Assembly: GCA_963977015.1 (NCBI GenBank)
Contig: CAXBMO010000009.1
Coordinates: 64,001-128,000 of the forward strand
DNA: 64,000 nucleotides
Origin: an uncultured bacterium
GTDB taxonomy: Bacteria; Verrucomicrobiota; Verrucomicrobiia; Verrucomicrobiales; DEV007
Direction of reading: 5' to 3'
Position 1 is the first letter of the stretch. Each line of letters begins with the position of its first letter. Of this stretch, positions 1 through 10,277 are shown in pieces. The position numbers and the translations under genes were made by a program. The notes beneath the pieces are model-generated. The model was not told the DNA's origin, ran no database searches, and saw only the letters and a list, made by a program, of their open reading frames with translations.

Positions 1-646
1 ACCAAGAGCTTCCACCAATGAGCCCATTCCTGAAACGATTCTTGCCTCAAGCCTCCAGGTTGCAAAAACAAACGAAGCACTCCTGAGAGCCATCCACACT
101 CAGCGCGCCGCATATTTTCACTATCAGGCAAACCACGTGGCCAAGCTGGAAAAGGTTCACGCGAAAGGCGCGGCAACGGCCTACGAAGTTGCTCAAAATC
201 GGAGTCGACTGGCGATGGCTCAAGGAACCCTCGAATCCCTCCAACCCAGCTTGGAAATTCACAGCCTGGAACAGGAACTCCATTTCGCGATCGGCAAGAG
301 CGCCAAACTGCGTTCGATTCATGATCTCGGCGAAAATGGAACTCAGTTGTTGTCTCAGATTGCCGCTGCTCGGCAACGCCCCAATCCCGGTCTGATCCTT
401 CACCTGGAAGCCGCTCGGGAATTTGCGGAACGTCGCGCTGAGCGCATGGAGCCACTTGTGGCAAAGGGATACGCCACGAAATTGGAACAGGACGAAGTGG
501 AGCGAAATCGAGAACGCTATCGCCTCATTGCTCAATCGGAGCGAAACCGGGAACTTGCCGTCATTCCCGCAGTGAAGTTGCTCGACACGCCCGACCAAAC
601 TCCGAACATACCGTTGGCCGGCCTCGTCGTTGATCCGCTGAACTGA
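1..646 (+). CDS. Partial helical protein (5' end outside window) with repeated L-x-x-x-x-K-G-x-A-T-x-x-E segments, resembling TolC/HlyD-type helical hairpins
   Basis: Frame is open from position 2 through ORF 137..646; LEKVHAKGAATAYEV and MEPLVAKGYATKLEQ resemble each other. Confidence 0.45.
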   Translation, partial: PRASTNEPIPETILASSLQVAKTNEALLRAIHTQRAAYFHYQANHVAKLEKVHAKGAATAYEVAQNRSRLAMAQGTLESLQPSLEIHSLEQELHFAIGKSAKLRSIHDLGENGTQLLSQIAAARQRPNPGLILHLEAAREFAERRAERMEPLVAKGYATKLEQDEVERNRERYRLIAQSERNRELAVIPAVKLLDTPDQTPNIPLAGLVVDPLN

Positions 647-649
647 GGG

Positions 650-1792
650 CTAAACCGCGCGAACCACATCGATCACCGCCTCCGCGATTCGAGTTTGGTC
701 TTCCCTGGTTAGATCAGCGCCAGATGGCAGGCACAGCCCACGCTCGAACAAATCGGCACAAACCTCCCCGCCCACGGCTTCGACGCTCTCGAACAACGGT
801 TGGAGATGCATCGGCTTCCACAGGGGACGCGACTCCACGTTGAGCGTTTCCAATTTCAACCTCACATCTTCCGGCGTTGCCTTTGTTTTCGCCGGGTCCA
901 ACGTGATGCAGCTGAGCCAATGCGTCGTATCGGCCCACTCCGGCACGGGCATCATGTCGATCGCCTCGATCCCGGCAAAGCTCTCCGTGTAGGCATTGAA
1001 GTTGTGCTTGGTTTTGGCCACGATACCTTCCAAGGCTTCCATTTGTCCCAGCCCAATCGCCGCCAACACGTTGCTGAGTCGATAGTTGTATCCCACCTCG
1101 GAATGCTGGTAGTGGGGGGCCGGGTCGCGAGCCTGAGTTGACAGGAATCGGGCACGATCCGCCAAATTCGGATCCTTCGTCACAAACATTCCGCCACCAC
1201 TCGTGGTAATGATCTTGTTGCCATTGAACGAGTAAGCGCCGGAAAGGCCATCCAGGCCCAACGCCCGCCCTTTGTAGCGGGCGCCCAACGCCTCGGCGGC
1301 GTCTTCAATCAGGATGACGTCAAATCGATCGCAAATGCCCTTAATCGCATCCAAATCGGCCGGCTGCCCATAAAGATGAACGAGCACGAGCGCCTTGGGA
1401 ATGCGGTTTTCAGCGGCGCGTTTCTTCAGAAAGGTTTCCAGCAACTGGGGATCCAGATTCCAGGATTCCCGATCGCTATCAACGAGAATCGGCTTCGCTC
1501 CGAGATACAGAATCGGATTGCAGGACGCGACAAACGTGAACGAGGAACACATCACTTCATCGCCGGCTTCGATCCCTGCCAAAATCAGCCCGAGATGCAC
1601 CGCGGCCGTTCCCGAAACCAGGGCAACCGGATATCCCCCCCCCAGGTTCTCGGCGAAGACTTCCTCAAATCTGGTCAAATGCGGCCCAACCGGAGCGATC
1701 CAGTTTTGGTCAAAGACTTCCCGCACATAGTCAAGTTCGGAGCCGCCCATGAAGGGTGGCGAAAGGTAGATTCGGGAATTTGGATCACTCAT
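650..1792 (-). CDS. DegT/DnrJ/EryC1/StrS PLP-dependent sugar aminotransferase (PglE/EpsN-like)
   Basis: IYLSPPFMG, SGTAAVHL, IEDAAEALG, SFNGNKIITTSGGG (PLP lysine), GYNYRLSN, GLCLPSG. Confidence 0.93.
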   Translation of the reverse strand: MSDPNSRIYLSPPFMGGSELDYVREVFDQNWIAPVGPHLTRFEEVFAENLGGGYPVALVSGTAAVHLGLILAGIEAGDEVMCSSFTFVASCNPILYLGAKPILVDSDRESWNLDPQLLETFLKKRAAENRIPKALVLVHLYGQPADLDAIKGICDRFDVILIEDAAEALGARYKGRALGLDGLSGAYSFNGNKIITTSGGGMFVTKDPNLADRARFLSTQARDPAPHYQHSEVGYNYRLSNVLAAIGLGQMEALEGIVAKTKHNFNAYTESFAGIEAIDMMPVPEWADTTHWLSCITLDPAKTKATPEDVRLKLETLNVESRPLWKPMHLQPLFESVEAVGGEVCADLFERGLCLPSGADLTREDQTRIAEAVIDVVRAV

Positions 1793-1795
1793 GAA

Positions 1796-2401
1796 CTAAG
1801 AAAGGGCTCGTGCGGGAACTCCGACCACCGTCAGATCATCTGCGACAGATCGAATCACCGCAGCTCCGGCGCCAACGTTCACTCGGCTTCCCACTTCGCA
1901 ACCCTGGATCACGACCGCATTGGCCCCCACCAAGGTCTCCTCCCCCACTTTGACAGCCCCGGCCAGAACCGCGCCCGGCGCAATGTGGGCATAGGCACCG
2001 ACTTCAACATGATGCTCAACGATCGCTCCGGAATTGATGATTGCGCCTTCGCCCAGGTTGGCCTCCGCATGCACAACGGCTCTGGGCCCTACGAAAATCC
2101 CCTTCTGAAGCGTCGCGCTCGGACTCATCATCGCCGATGGATGAATCACATTGACCAGCTGATCTTGAAATCGCGCCGCCACCTTCCGGCGCGTCCCATT
2201 CACTCCAATCGCGACAATGCATTTGAGATCGTGCTCTCCCAGACTTGCCGCATCGAGAACGTTCCAGCTTCCAACCCGGGTTCCTGTTTCCACGCCATCA
2301 TCGGCAAAACCGATGACTTCCCAACCGGAAGCCGCAGCAGCTTCGGCAACGACCAAACCATGGCCCGACGCGCCAAAAACGAGAATTCTAGGCTTCTTCA
2401 T
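1796..2401 (-). CDS. Hexapeptide-repeat sugar N/O-acetyltransferase (PglD/NeuD-like)
   Basis: GASGHG N-terminal motif, IVAIG, VEHH catalytic segment, hexapeptide repeats, C-terminal GVPAR. Confidence 0.9.
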   Translation of the reverse strand: MKKPRILVFGASGHGLVVAEAAAASGWEVIGFADDGVETGTRVGSWNVLDAASLGEHDLKCIVAIGVNGTRRKVAARFQDQLVNVIHPSAMMSPSATLQKGIFVGPRAVVHAEANLGEGAIINSGAIVEHHVEVGAYAHIAPGAVLAGAVKVGEETLVGANAVVIQGCEVGSRVNVGAGAAVIRSVADDLTVVGVPARALS

Positions 2402-2984
2402 ATCCGGTAAATTTGGGCATGGTTACGTGGTCTTCCGCACTCACACCTTCGCGCTTGAGCACCGTCGCGACCGTGAGCAGCAGAATCCTGATATCCAACC
2501 AAAACGACTGGTTTTCAACATACCAAACATCCATCTCAAAGCGATCCGGCCATTTGAGCGTATTGCGCCCGTTGACCTGGGCCCATCCAGTCAGCCCCGG
2601 GCGGACGTCGTGACGATGGGCGTGACGTTCGGAGTAGCGCGGAAGATATTCGACCAAGAGCGGACGAGGCCCCACCAAACTCATCTCACCATTCAGAATG
2701 TTCAGGAGCGTGGGCAACTCATCCAGACTCGTCTTGCGAAGCATCTTTCCGAACCCCGTGAGCCGCTCCGCATCCGGAAGCAATTCACCGTTCTCATCGC
2801 GCTCATCCGTCATCGTGCGAAACTTTCGGAGCTCAAAAATTTCGCCATTCCGACCGGGGCGGGGCTGCCGAAACAACACGGGACGCCCCAGCTTCATGGC
2901 GACCAGGATCGCGAGAACTCCCAACAAAGGGCTCAGAACGAGAAGTGCGGTGAAGGAAACCACGATGTCGAAAGCGCGCTTCAT
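2388..2984 (-). CDS. Monotopic phosphoglycosyltransferase (PglC/EpsL-like sugar transferase)
   Basis: MKRAFD, KFRTM, SLDELP, GEMSLVGPRP, RPGLTGWAQVNGRN. Confidence 0.93.
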   Translation of the reverse strand: MKRAFDIVVSFTALLVLSPLLGVLAILVAMKLGRPVLFRQPRPGRNGEIFELRKFRTMTDERDENGELLPDAERLTGFGKMLRKTSLDELPTLLNILNGEMSLVGPRPLLVEYLPRYSERHAHRHDVRPGLTGWAQVNGRNTLKWPDRFEMDVWYVENQSFWLDIRILLLTVATVLKREGVSAEDHVTMPKFTGYEEA

Positions 2985-3193
2985 CTAGAGCATTTGAAGT
3001 GGAGGTGTCGCCAATGCAGCGAGGAGATTTGGCTTCCTGCAAGGCGTTGGGAGGGAGCAGAGCGAGCTCTGTGACTGAGCAAGAACGCAACAGGCGGCCA
3101 AAGATTCCGCTGATTCTCTTCCTTCGGCGAAGCCGCACTCTTTCTTGATCCCAGTCACATTCATTGGCTACAAGTTCACTTAAACTGCTCTAG
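2985..3193. mobile_element. Non-autonomous miniature inverted-repeat element (MITE), about 209 bp, bounded by CTAG
   Basis: Left end CTAGAGCATTTGAAGTGGA versus reverse complement of right end CTAGAGCAGTTTAAGTGAA (16/19 match); fills the whole intergenic space; no credible ORF. Confidence 0.7.
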
Positions 3194-4308
3194 AATCCCA
3201 TGGTATCGATAATCGTGCGGTTGACCACTTTTACGTCGAAACGCTCGGCCATGTAGTTGCGTCCGGCTTCGCCCATTTTGGGGATTTGCTCAGGGTTCTC
3301 CAAAAACCACTTCATGGCGTCGGCCAATGCGTTGCTGTCCTGAACCGGGACCAGCATTCCCGTTTCGCCTTCGCGAAGGGTTTGGCGGCATCCTCCCGGG
3401 CTGTCGGTCGTGATGACGGGCCGTCCCATCGCCGCCGCTTCGAGAACCGTTCGCGGGGTGCCTTCGCGATACGAGGGCAACACATAGACGCTGCATTCTC
3501 GAAACCAGGGGCGCACATCATCAGTTCCCCCATGCAATTTGACGAGTCCACCCGGATTCATCGCATTGAGAGCCTTTTCATCAATCGCGGACGGATTTCC
3601 CACGTCGAAAGGGCCGACAAAACCAAACTCGGCTTCGGGAAAACTCTGGTGAACCAGCTGCGCCGCTTCGAAATACTCGCGAACACCTTTTTCGACAAGA
3701 ATTCTGGCACACATCAGAAATCGCACCGGCCCATCGGGAATCGGCGCCAGTTCATAGTGCTCCAGATCGACACCGGAACCACCGGTGAGGACAGCCTTTT
3801 CGGATTCCATCAAGCCGAGATCGGCAAAAAGTGCGGCGTCGTCTTCGTTTTGGAAAAAGACGCTCGTATTGGTCTTCAGCGCCGTTCGATACATGAGCTT
3901 GGCGATTCCCCCCACGATCCGCTGCTTTCGGGTGCTTCCCATGAAGGCGTAGCCGAGTCCGGTGATCATGGAAAACATCCTGGGAACTCCAGCGAGACGT
4001 GCGGCAATTGATCCGTAAACCACCGGTTTGATGGTGTAGGCGAAAATGCCGTCCGGTTTGATTTCCCGAAAAAGGCGGATCATCTCGTTCATTGAACCGA
4101 GGTCCGCGATGGGGTTCAATCCGGTTCGTTCCAGGTTGAGAGGAATGTAGCGGGCTCCCCACGCTTCGAGCTCAGCGGCAATGGCGTCATCCTCGCCGGA
4201 AGCACAGCCGATCACCTCATGCCCCCGGTTCACCAGATCCTGGATCAGTTTCCCCCGAAAATTGACCAACGACGGCGCAAAACTGCCGAGAAGAACTACC
4301 TTCGCCAT
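3190..4308 (-). CDS. Glycosyltransferase family 4 (PglA/CapM-like)
   Basis: NFRGKLI, YTIKPVVYG, ITGLGY, FQNEDD, GSGVD, VLPSYREGTPRTVLEAAAMG; start moved to ATG at 4308. Confidence 0.92.
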   Translation of the reverse strand: MAKVVLLGSFAPSLVNFRGKLIQDLVNRGHEVIGCASGEDDAIAAELEAWGARYIPLNLERTGLNPIADLGSMNEMIRLFREIKPDGIFAYTIKPVVYGSIAARLAGVPRMFSMITGLGYAFMGSTRKQRIVGGIAKLMYRTALKTNTSVFFQNEDDAALFADLGLMESEKAVLTGGSGVDLEHYELAPIPDGPVRFLMCARILVEKGVREYFEAAQLVHQSFPEAEFGFVGPFDVGNPSAIDEKALNAMNPGGLVKLHGGTDDVRPWFRECSVYVLPSYREGTPRTVLEAAAMGRPVITTDSPGGCRQTLREGETGMLVPVQDSNALADAMKWFLENPEQIPKMGEAGRNYMAERFDVKVVNRTIIDTMGF

Positions 4309-4394
4309 GGTTGGAAATCTGGGGTGACCAGCAAATTCATCGTCAGACCGAAGCGATGCTCCTCCCCTTCGCAACTCGTTCTGCTCAAAAAAGC

Positions 4395-5681
4395 CTAATC
4401 CGCATCCGGAACGGCCGAGGGAGTCACTTCCGGGGTCTTGATTTGCTCCCCATTGGCGCGAAGCCCAACCGTAAAGGGCAACATGGCCAAGAGCGTGATC
4501 AGGGCAGCCAACAGAAAGGCGGCACCAGGAAAATGAATCTCCGCATCCGCTTTCGAAAAATTATGGAGCGTTTGGGTCATGACAATCGGGCTGATGACCA
4601 TCGCCAACGCTCCCAAACTTGCGGTCGCGCCATGCAATTCACCCTGGGAGTTCTTCGGCGTGAGGTTGGACATGATCGTATTCATCGCGGGGCCGCCAAT
4701 GCCCCCCAGCGCGGAGATCGGAATAATGGCGTAGGCCATCCATGCTTTCTCCGCAAAGGCGAAGCAGGCCAGCGCAAACGCGTTGATCAAAATCCCAATC
4801 CACGCGGTCTTGAACGGGCCAAACCGCTTCACCAACACGCCGACCAACCCGGCTTGAACGACTGCGGCCCCAACGCCCACCAGCGCGAGCGAAAGCCCAA
4901 TCTCCCAGTCTTCCCAGCCATAGCGAATCTTGCAGTGAAAATTCCAGGTCGCCGGGTAAACCGCATGGGCAAAGCCAAAAATCCCGGCCGCCAGAATGAA
5001 CCAAACCACTTTGGGCAGTTTGCGAAAGTGCTGAAACGCTCCCAACGGATTCGCCCGTTTCCACTCAAAACTCCGCCGATTCTCCTTGGCGAGCGACTCC
5101 GGCAAAACGAACCAGCCGTAGAGAAAATTGATCGCGGCGAGCCCGGCCGCGGCAAAAAACGGAGCGCGAGGGCTGATCGTGCTGAAAACCGCCCCCATCG
5201 CCGGGCCAACCACAAACCCCACCCCAAAGGCAGCTCCAATCATGCCGAACGCGCGCCCGCGGTCTTCAGGAGTCGTCACATCCGCGATGTAGGCGTTGGC
5301 GGTGGAAAACGTGGACGATGAAATTCCGGACAAGGCGCGCCCCAGCAGGAGAACCCAAAACGTGTTCGCCACTCCCATCACCAAAAAATCGATCACCAAC
5401 GTTCCGATTGAAGCCAGCAACACGGGGCGGCGGCCAAACCGATCCGAGAGATTGCCCAGCATCGGCGTCGCCAGAAAGTTCATGAGGGCGTAGGTCGCGG
5501 TCAGGGCGCCGCCCCAAGCCACGGCATCCTCCGGTTCCAAATCCATCACCTCTTTGAGAAGCGATGGAATCACGGGAACCACCAGCCCAAACCCCATCAT
5601 ATCCAGCGCCACGGTCACGATCACGAACAGAAAGGCGTTCTTGCCGTGCTGCCGAGTCAGCGGGGCTTGGGTTTTGGGCAT
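4395..5681 (-). CDS. MFS transporter, TCR/Tet (DHA1) family
   Basis: LDMMGFGLVVP, motif A GNLSDRFGRRPV, GRALSG, AYIADVT, GFVVGP, PES; about 12 TM; start moved to ATG at 5681. Confidence 0.9.
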   Translation of the reverse strand: MPKTQAPLTRQHGKNAFLFVIVTVALDMMGFGLVVPVIPSLLKEVMDLEPEDAVAWGGALTATYALMNFLATPMLGNLSDRFGRRPVLLASIGTLVIDFLVMGVANTFWVLLLGRALSGISSSTFSTANAYIADVTTPEDRGRAFGMIGAAFGVGFVVGPAMGAVFSTISPRAPFFAAAGLAAINFLYGWFVLPESLAKENRRSFEWKRANPLGAFQHFRKLPKVVWFILAAGIFGFAHAVYPATWNFHCKIRYGWEDWEIGLSLALVGVGAAVVQAGLVGVLVKRFGPFKTAWIGILINAFALACFAFAEKAWMAYAIIPISALGGIGGPAMNTIMSNLTPKNSQGELHGATASLGALAMVISPIVMTQTLHNFSKADAEIHFPGAAFLLAALITLLAMLPFTVGLRANGEQIKTPEVTPSAVPDAD

Positions 5682-5841
5682 CCGTTGGCTTTGCCCGAAG
5701 CAAGCCGCCCGGTCAAATCGAAAAGCCCATTGAGGTGGCTTTCGCCAAAGCCAATTTTCCCAAAAATCGCCGAAAATTACCGTCACGCCCATTCGTGAAC
5801 CTCCACTTGCACCCCGCGTCTCTCCTGCCACATTCCTAACA

Positions 5842-7539
5842 ATGTCAGAGACACCCAAAATTGAGCCCCGAGACTTCATCCGGGAGATAATCTGCGACGA
5901 CCTCAAAACCGGCAAGCACGACCATATCGTCACGCGATTTCCCCCGGAGCCGAATGGATATCTCCATATTGGTCACACCAAAGCTTTCTGTCTGAACTTC
6001 AGCCTCGCCCAGGAAGTCCCGAACAGCCGGTGCCATTTGCGAATGGACGACACCAATCCGGTCAAGGAAGACACCGAATATGTCGAGTCGATCCAGGAAG
6101 ACATCCGTTGGCTGGGCTTCGACTGGGGTGAAAATTTCTACTTTGCGAGCGATTACTACGAGAAGCTGCATGGATTCGCGGTCGAGCTGATCGAGAAAGG
6201 CCTCGCCTATGTGGATGAATTGAGCGCTGAAGAGATGCGCGAATATCGCGGAACGCTGACTGAACCGGGCAAAAACAGTCCGTATCGCGACCGCAGCGTT
6301 GAGGAAAATCTCGAGTTGTTCCAAAAGATGCGCGATGGCGGCTTTGACGAAGGAGCCGTGATTTTGCGAGCCAAAATCGACATGGCGCACCCCAATCTCA
6401 ACATGCGTGACCCGGCAATCTACCGGGTTCTCAAGGCCCATCATCATCGCACGGGCGACGATTGGTGCATTTACCCGATGTACGACTTCGCCCATCCGCT
6501 GAGTGACGCCCTGGAGGGGATCACCCACTCGCTTTGCAGTTTGGAGTTCGAGAACCATCGCCCGCTTTACGATTGGTTTGTGGACAACTGCTCGGTCCCC
6601 GCGAAACCGCGCCAAATCGAGTTTGCCCGGCTCAATCTCAACTACACCGTCATGAGCAAGCGGCTCTTGAAGCAACTGGTCGATGACAAGTTGGTCGATG
6701 GTTGGGACGACCCCCGCATGCCAACCATTTCCGGAATGCGGCGTCGCGGCTATCCGCCTGAGGCGATTCGCAAGTTCATCGACACCATTGGGCTGACCAA
6801 GTTCAACAGCACCACCGATATCGCGCTGCTCGAACACGCGATCCGCGAGCATCTCAACGCCGTAGCTCCGCGCTACATGGCCGTGCTGCGCCCGCTCAAA
6901 GTCGTGATCACCAATTATCCGGAAGATCAGGTCGAGGAAATGGACGCGGTCAACAATCCGGAAGACGAGAGCGCCGGGAAGCGCAAAGTCCCCTTCAGCC
7001 GGGAATTGTACATCGAGAAGGACGACTTCATGGAGAACGCCCCGCGCAAGTTTTTCCGCCTGACCCAAGGCAGGGAAGTTCGCCTCCGCTACGGCTATTG
7101 GATCAAGTGCGAGGAAGCGATCAAGGATGACAGCGGAGAAGTCGTCGAGCTTCGTTGCACCTACGATCCTGAGACTCGAGGTGGAAACGATCCGTCAGAT
7201 GGTCGCAAGGTCAAAGCAACGCTCCACTGGGTTTCGGCTCCCCACGCCATCGACGCCGAAGTTCGCCTCTACGATCGCCTCTTCGATATCGAGGACCCGA
7301 CCGGGAAGAAAGCAAATAAGGACTTTACCACGCACCTCAATCCCAATTCCCTCGAAGTCGTTTCGGGAGCAAAATTGGAACCGTCGTTGGAAACCATCGA
7401 ACCCGGCGAGAGAATCCAGTTCGAGCGACTTGGCTACTTCTGCAAGGACACCAAACTCAGCACCTCCGAAAACCCGGTTTTCAATCGCGCCGTCACCCTC
7501 AAGGACGCGTGGGCCAAGTTCCAACAGAAGAAAGGCTAA
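5842..7539 (+). CDS. glnS: Glutamine--tRNA ligase
   Basis: [49 protein letters not shown]. Confidence 0.97.
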   Translation: MSETPKIEPRDFIREIICDDLKTGKHDHIVTRFPPEPNGYLHIGHTKAFCLNFSLAQEVPNSRCHLRMDDTNPVKEDTEYVESIQEDIRWLGFDWGENFYFASDYYEKLHGFAVELIEKGLAYVDELSAEEMREYRGTLTEPGKNSPYRDRSVEENLELFQKMRDGGFDEGAVILRAKIDMAHPNLNMRDPAIYRVLKAHHHRTGDDWCIYPMYDFAHPLSDALEGITHSLCSLEFENHRPLYDWFVDNCSVPAKPRQIEFARLNLNYTVMSKRLLKQLVDDKLVDGWDDPRMPTISGMRRRGYPPEAIRKFIDTIGLTKFNSTTDIALLEHAIREHLNAVAPRYMAVLRPLKVVITNYPEDQVEEMDAVNNPEDESAGKRKVPFSRELYIEKDDFMENAPRKFFRLTQGREVRLRYGYWIKCEEAIKDDSGEVVELRCTYDPETRGGNDPSDGRKVKATLHWVSAPHAIDAEVRLYDRLFDIEDPTGKKANKDFTTHLNPNSLEVVSGAKLEPSLETIEPGERIQFERLGYFCKDTKLSTSENPVFNRAVTLKDAWAKFQQKKG

Positions 7540-7562
7540 GCCTGAAATGCAGACCGAACTTC

Positions 7563-8228
7563 TTAATTCGTTTGGGAAGGCTGGAACAGCTGGAAATTCT
7601 GCACCGCATAGACCCCGGACGACTGATTGAATTTCGCGTTGGTATAAAACCCGACCCCGCAGCCAATCTCCAGCGCATCCTTCGACAGAATGTTCTGCCG
7701 ATGCCCGCGTGAATTCATCCATTGCTCAACCAACGTGTCCGCCAGGCTCAGGGGCGTATGCGCAGGAATGGGATTTCCACCTTTGTCGATGAGCACGCCG
7801 GGACCACCGAACGAAACGGACGTGCCCGCCACATACTGAATACCAAAATTCTGCGCGATGTTTTCCGCGATCAACGGATTCGCAATCCCGGCGAGCGCCG
7901 CCCGCTGTTTGGGCGTCTTTTTGGACCGGTCCTTCGGATTGTTGTGGCTAAAAAACCCACCTTTCGCCATATCATCGGCATGCATCTGGGCCGAGCGAAC
8001 CAATGCCGCCCTCAGCAACAGGGGTTTTCGCCGATTCTTGATCCGAACCTCATTGGTCACCAACGCAACCGCCAACTGAATCGAAGCGACGTCGGGATTC
8101 GCCAGATTGATCCGCTGGTTCAACAGCGGACTCTTTCGGAAATTGGATTGGTCAAGCTCCTGGCCATTGCTCGAAAGCATGAGAGCAACGGAAACGATTC
8201 CAAGGGTCCTGATCTGGGCGGCTAACAT
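7563..8228 (-). CDS. Secreted CAP/SCP domain protein
   Basis: Signal peptide; AQMHADDM, FFSH, AENIA, WMNSRGHRQNIL, EIGCG. Confidence 0.88.
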   Translation of the reverse strand: MLAAQIRTLGIVSVALMLSSNGQELDQSNFRKSPLLNQRINLANPDVASIQLAVALVTNEVRIKNRRKPLLLRAALVRSAQMHADDMAKGGFFSHNNPKDRSKKTPKQRAALAGIANPLIAENIAQNFGIQYVAGTSVSFGGPGVLIDKGGNPIPAHTPLSLADTLVEQWMNSRGHRQNILSKDALEIGCGVGFYTNAKFNQSSGVYAVQNFQLFQPSQTN

Positions 8229-8244
8229 GGTTCGATGTAATCAC

Positions 8245-9684
8245 CTATTTTCGTTCAATGAAAGGATTACCAGCGGCCCGTTCCCTCCGCAAATGAGCGG
8301 CAAACGCACGCATCACAAGAAGATGCACCTTCGCCTGGGTAAACTGATAGATGAACCAAGGCAATCGCGGAGCGTATTCGTGAATCGCAGCAATGATCGC
8401 TCTCCCCTCCTCCACGACTCGAAATTCGAAGCGGCCGGGCGGCTCTTCGCGAGAGCGGGTGAGCAGCCCTCCCCGAATGTAAAAAACCCGCCGCCCCTGC
8501 TGATGGCGCGTCAGATCTGACGGATGCAATTCCAACATGGAGACCTCCGGCCATCTCCACACAAACCGCAGAGTTCCGTCCTCCAGTTTCTGAACATTGA
8601 TGATCGTAAAGGAGGTTCGCGTCAGCCATCTGCCGTATTCGTCCGCCACTCTTGGAGCATCCCAACCCGGCGGAAGCGGCATCCGTTGAACGGAACGAAC
8701 ACGACGCGCTTTTCGAAGCCGGCGGCGTTTTCGACGTCGATGACCGGGCGCGGCAAGATCAACCGGCCGGCCATTCTCATCCACCGAATCCTTGACGGAT
8801 TGCTCGAACGGCACTGCTTCTTTCATCAACTCAACAAGTAGCGCGTTGTCCTTTGCCAGCATCGCGTGCCGCAAACTGGCCAACAACGGATTCACCAAAC
8901 TTGGCGACGACTGGCTGATGAGCGAAACCCACAGCTTGGAAAGCCCGATGAAGTTGGCGGGAAAATCGATCGTGCGTGGGCGGAGACCCAACACCTTGGC
9001 AGACCGCAAGATCATGTCGCGATAGGTCATGGGATCATGGCTGGCGATATCCCAGGTGCCGCCTTGAAACCGGGATTCCGTGAGGCAGAACTCGATCGAC
9101 CGAACCACGTCCCGCACGTCGGTGGATTGGGTCAGCTGGCGGGTCCAACGCGGCAGCACCATGATCGGGAGGCGACGAACCAGCTGAAGCAGAATCCTGA
9201 TCGATGAACCACCTCTGCCATAAATCAATCCGGAACGCAGCACGGTCACCTCAACCGACCGGCTTCTGAGCACTTCCTCAACCTCCTTACGACTCGCCAA
9301 GTGTTCCGAAAGCGAACCATCGTCATCGGGGATCAGTCCACCCAGGTAAATGATGTGCTTCACCCCGGCTTGCTCAGCTGCCCGAACAAAATTGTCGGCC
9401 AGCAGGAGATCCAGATCGGCGAAATTGCCCTGCACCAATCGCGAACTCGGAAGCATGGAATGCACCAGATACACCGCGGCATCGGCGCCCTTCATCGCCT
9501 CGGTCAACTTCGGCATCGAAAACAAATCCGCCTGACGCCAGGAAACTCGAGACTCGTAGGAAGAGGCGCGCAACGATCGTGAGAGACCAATCAGGTCAAA
9601 GGATCCTCCCAATCCGCGAAGCAGCCACGAACCGACGAACCCACTGGCTCCGGCAACCGCAACAACTGGAGAAGACATTGACAC
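8245..9684 (-). CDS. Atypical SDR NAD(P)H-binding protein (YbjT-like) with C-terminal extension
   Basis: GASGFVG Rossmann motif, YLVHSM, IIYLGGL, HLASRKEVE. Confidence 0.82.
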   Translation of the reverse strand: MSMSSPVVAVAGASGFVGSWLLRGLGGSFDLIGLSRSLRASSYESRVSWRQADLFSMPKLTEAMKGADAAVYLVHSMLPSSRLVQGNFADLDLLLADNFVRAAEQAGVKHIIYLGGLIPDDDGSLSEHLASRKEVEEVLRSRSVEVTVLRSGLIYGRGGSSIRILLQLVRRLPIMVLPRWTRQLTQSTDVRDVVRSIEFCLTESRFQGGTWDIASHDPMTYRDMILRSAKVLGLRPRTIDFPANFIGLSKLWVSLISQSSPSLVNPLLASLRHAMLAKDNALLVELMKEAVPFEQSVKDSVDENGRPVDLAAPGHRRRKRRRLRKARRVRSVQRMPLPPGWDAPRVADEYGRWLTRTSFTIINVQKLEDGTLRFVWRWPEVSMLELHPSDLTRHQQGRRVFYIRGGLLTRSREEPPGRFEFRVVEEGRAIIAAIHEYAPRLPWFIYQFTQAKVHLLVMRAFAAHLRRERAAGNPFIERK

Positions 9685-9757
9685 TGTGAAGAGCTAACGA
9701 ACAGCACTTCCGATTTGTTGCAACGATCTCGCGCCAACTAAAATTACATCGTCTCCT

Positions 9758-10129
9758 TCACCCTCCAAACACCACGTAAACAGCCAACGCCAGCATCACC
9801 GTGGTCACCGGTCCCCACAACAACCTCTCGGGCCGGGATGGGGTGATCCAGTTGAGAAACGCGCTGAGCCCCTGCACTGCCACGACCGCAACTGCAGTCC
9901 ACCCCGGCCAGCTCGCCGTCAATCCCGCAGCTGAGGCAACTCCCGCCCCCATCAAGATCAGCAATAGGATAGACACCCCGGCGATTACCCGCCCGGACAG
10001 TGGCAACGCGCCTTCAACACGACCGCCCTGCGTGATGCGCCCCCAAGGTGCGCCCGCCATCAGGCAGACCTGAAAGACAATCACTCCCCCGATCATGAGG
10101 AGATAGAGAATGGCGGCAACGTGAGTCAT
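9758..10129 (-). CDS. Small four-TM hypothetical membrane protein
   Basis: Hydrophobic helices; FQxxLxAGAPWG and LNWITPSxxERxxWGP segments; start at ATG 10129. Confidence 0.75.
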   Translation of the reverse strand: MTHVAAILYLLMIGGVIVFQVCLMAGAPWGRITQGGRVEGALPLSGRVIAGVSILLLILMGAGVASAAGLTASWPGWTAVAVVAVQGLSAFLNWITPSRPERLLWGPVTTVMLALAVYVVFGG

Positions 10130-10170
10130 GGACGCGCCCTCCGCTACGCTCAACCAACGGCGAGTTCAAG
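10095..10170. repeat. Direct repeat copy 1 (promoter region plus first codons of the 9758-10129 gene)
   Basis: 69/76 identical to 11301-11376 by manual alignment. Confidence 0.9.
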
Positions 10171-10277
10171 TCGCGCGGGCACAGCCCTTTCGACACAATG
10201 CCGAGACGGAAACAGGAAATCGTACGGAATCGGGTTGCGCGACTTGCTCCCGCCACCGATTCGAACCTTGGCAACCT

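Noticed and set aside
4395..5681. Acquired tetracycline resistance gene tetA
   Set aside because: Family-level similarity only; no tetR or mobile context; composition matches the host
5845..7068. Long antisense or overlapping ORFs (e.g. 5845-7068, 20585-21808, 1376-2410, 32319-33317, 34173-35243)
   Set aside because: They shadow well-supported genes on the other strand, have no recognisable motifs, and are expected from codon bias in GC-rich DNA
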